From: Lama guanicoe
Lineage: Eukaryota
Assembly (NCBI GenBank): GCA_013239625.1
Contig: MU054187.1
Location: 12,007,325 to 12,071,324, forward strand
Length of the DNA stretch: 64,000 nucleotides
Direction: 5' to 3'
Shown one piece after another: positions 62,046 to 64,000 of this stretch (position 1 is its first letter; each line of letters opens with the position of its first letter). A program made the position numbers and the translations under genes. The notes under the pieces were generated by a model. That model was not told the DNA's origin, ran no database searches, and saw only the letters and a list, made by a program, of their open reading frames with translations.

Positions 62046-63799
62046 ATAGGACTCCTTCATTCCTTTTATTTATTTTCAAAGTTTCCGAGCTAACCTGGGG
62101 AAATTCCATTACACTGAGTAGATGAATTAATTTAGACACTTCACATTCACACTTCAATGAGACAGTAAGCACTAGAGGAACTCAAGGAATCAGAGATTCG
62201 AGGGGGCAGGAAAAAGAAGGAACATTCAGATGTTAATTAGCTCGATGAGCCCACCCAGATGCTAGAGGTCCTGAAAGAAAGGAGAGGGAAGAGGGAGTTT
62301 CTAGAGAAGAAACGGGAGGACGAGAAAAAGACGATTTACACTCCCCCTCCTACTGTGATCCGGCTTCTGGTCGCCCCACTCCCCTGTGATGCTCGTGACA
62401 AGGACACTAGGTTTCTGGTTCCTAAATACAAAGGACTCTTCCCTTAGGGTCCTGAGAAAGCCCCCAAAATGCAGCAGTGCTTTGCTGACACCCTCCTTAA
62501 GCTGTAAGATCAGACCCGGTTTAAATGGCTGCAAACCTCAGCTTGTTTTGAGTTGGGTCCACCTCCCCAGGCCGAGAGAGTCCAATCCACACGCAGTGAT
62601 GTGTAGATCACACACAAGGACCTCTGCCTTTACTTTCATGCACCCTCCTGTCCTTCGCATCTTTCTCCTCTCAGTCTCCTCCCTACACGGCCCCTGTTCC
62701 TTTCCCACTTGAGTTTCAGACAGTACAGTGAAGTGTTGGGGTGGGCGGAGGTGTGCAGGGGCAGAACAAGGGAGGTTCATGAGTTAGAATCTCCAACGTT
62801 TGCCGTACAACATAATCTACCTGAACACACTGCTCTGCAGTCTGCAAGGTCCACACTAGTGTTTGGTGCAATGTTCAGAAGCAGAGGTACTCAGTTATCT
62901 GTTGAATAATCAACTACTGAATTATTATATTATCAACCAAAATTGCCATAGCCATGAATGACCACAGCAGGTTATCCCAAGGAATTCATTTCTGCAGAAT
63001 TCGGCAGCAAAGACGAAGTTTGTTATAAATAAGAACAGTTTCACTGACATTTGTGCTAGGGCAAGTAAATTACCCAGTGAGGTGATTTATAAATTCATTC
63101 ACCTTAACTCTCTGACAGGAAGCCGAGCAGTGGTGCTCTGGCCGTTGGGTCTGATTTATATCAGAAAAGTGTACAAAAGAAAATGGAGGTTCTCTATCTT
63201 GCTCCTGCTCTCTCCTGGCCTCCTGTTACTGTCTAACAGGCATCCTTTTCCTTTAATTACCTTCTTCATGGCTTGAGAGCTTTGATGACTTGATTAAGCC
63301 TTGCAGTGCAGTTCCAGTCCCTACCCTTCTGATTAATTAGCCCCAACCTTATTAACTTCCTAATTCTGATCAATAAGGCACTGATGCTAAACTGTGCAAG
63401 GGCAAACTAAGGAGGCAATTTTACTGTTTTTTTTTTTAACCATCCTTTTTTTTAAACCTAATATCACTTTTTAATACCAACCAGGTTGGAAGACAGTAAT
63501 ACAGTAATAGTCCTATGAAGACTATACACGCTCTCCAGTCATAACTTTACTCGCTGCAACAGCACGATTTGTTGGCACTATTTGGGGACTTCGCATTAAG
63601 AACATAGGGCCTCCATTATTCAGGATACTGGGTAAGTGATGCTCATGGCCAGAAAAAAGAATATGATGTGATAACGATGATTCAGTCAGTCCTTCTCCGA
63701 AAGAAAATCACAAAAAATGGAACAAGAAACTCCTCTTCCCCAAACCCAGACTCAGAATGGAGTTCTCCAACATTAAGGAGAAGATCCCAATATCCTAGA

Positions 63800-63962
63800 C
63801 CAGCACTATTCAAAAGTACGTTTTAAGTTTTCTAGTAGCCACATTGAAAAAATTAAAAATTAATTAGATTAGCTAGCAAAATTAGTTTTGATAGTATGTT
63901 TTTTATAATTTAATATCAAAAATATTATCATTGCAAACTGTAAGCAATGTAAAATTACCAGT
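63800..63962. mobile_element. MER3/MER33-like hAT fragment
   Basis: cagcactattcaa...ttttctagtagccacattgaaaaa...aaaaatattatcatt. Confidence 0.6.
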
Positions 63963-64000
63963 GACACTGTCCTTTCTTCCTCCTATCCAGCTTTATTGAG

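Overview
Mammalian genomic DNA, almost certainly camelid (camel/alpaca/llama), judging by about ten tRNA-Ala-derived Vic-1-type SINEs and matching young L1 3' ends. It is not prokaryotic, and I found no CRISPR array, rRNA or confidently intact protein-coding gene. Bases 1-5000 are a GC/CpG-rich, subtelomere-like block: a duplicated ~450-bp CpG-rich unit flanking a degenerate telomere-like (CCCTAA-derived, 18-bp period) array, followed by a ~175-bp-unit satellite. Two processed pseudogenes are recognisable: a disabled HMGA1 (minus strand, ~6766-8483) and a young RPL13 retrocopy (plus strand, 60151-60964). The RPL13 copy keeps an open frame despite a 111-nt minisatellite expansion and sits directly behind a SINE Pol III promoter. 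The rest is AT-rich, repeat-dense non-coding DNA (L1, L2, L3/CR1, MIR, MLT1/ERV LTRs, hAT and Tigger DNA transposons) with several informative nested or rearranged insertions, including an L1 with a clean internal inversion. Repeat family names are by-eye recognitions and their boundaries are approximate. Most ORFs in the supplied track are spurious.
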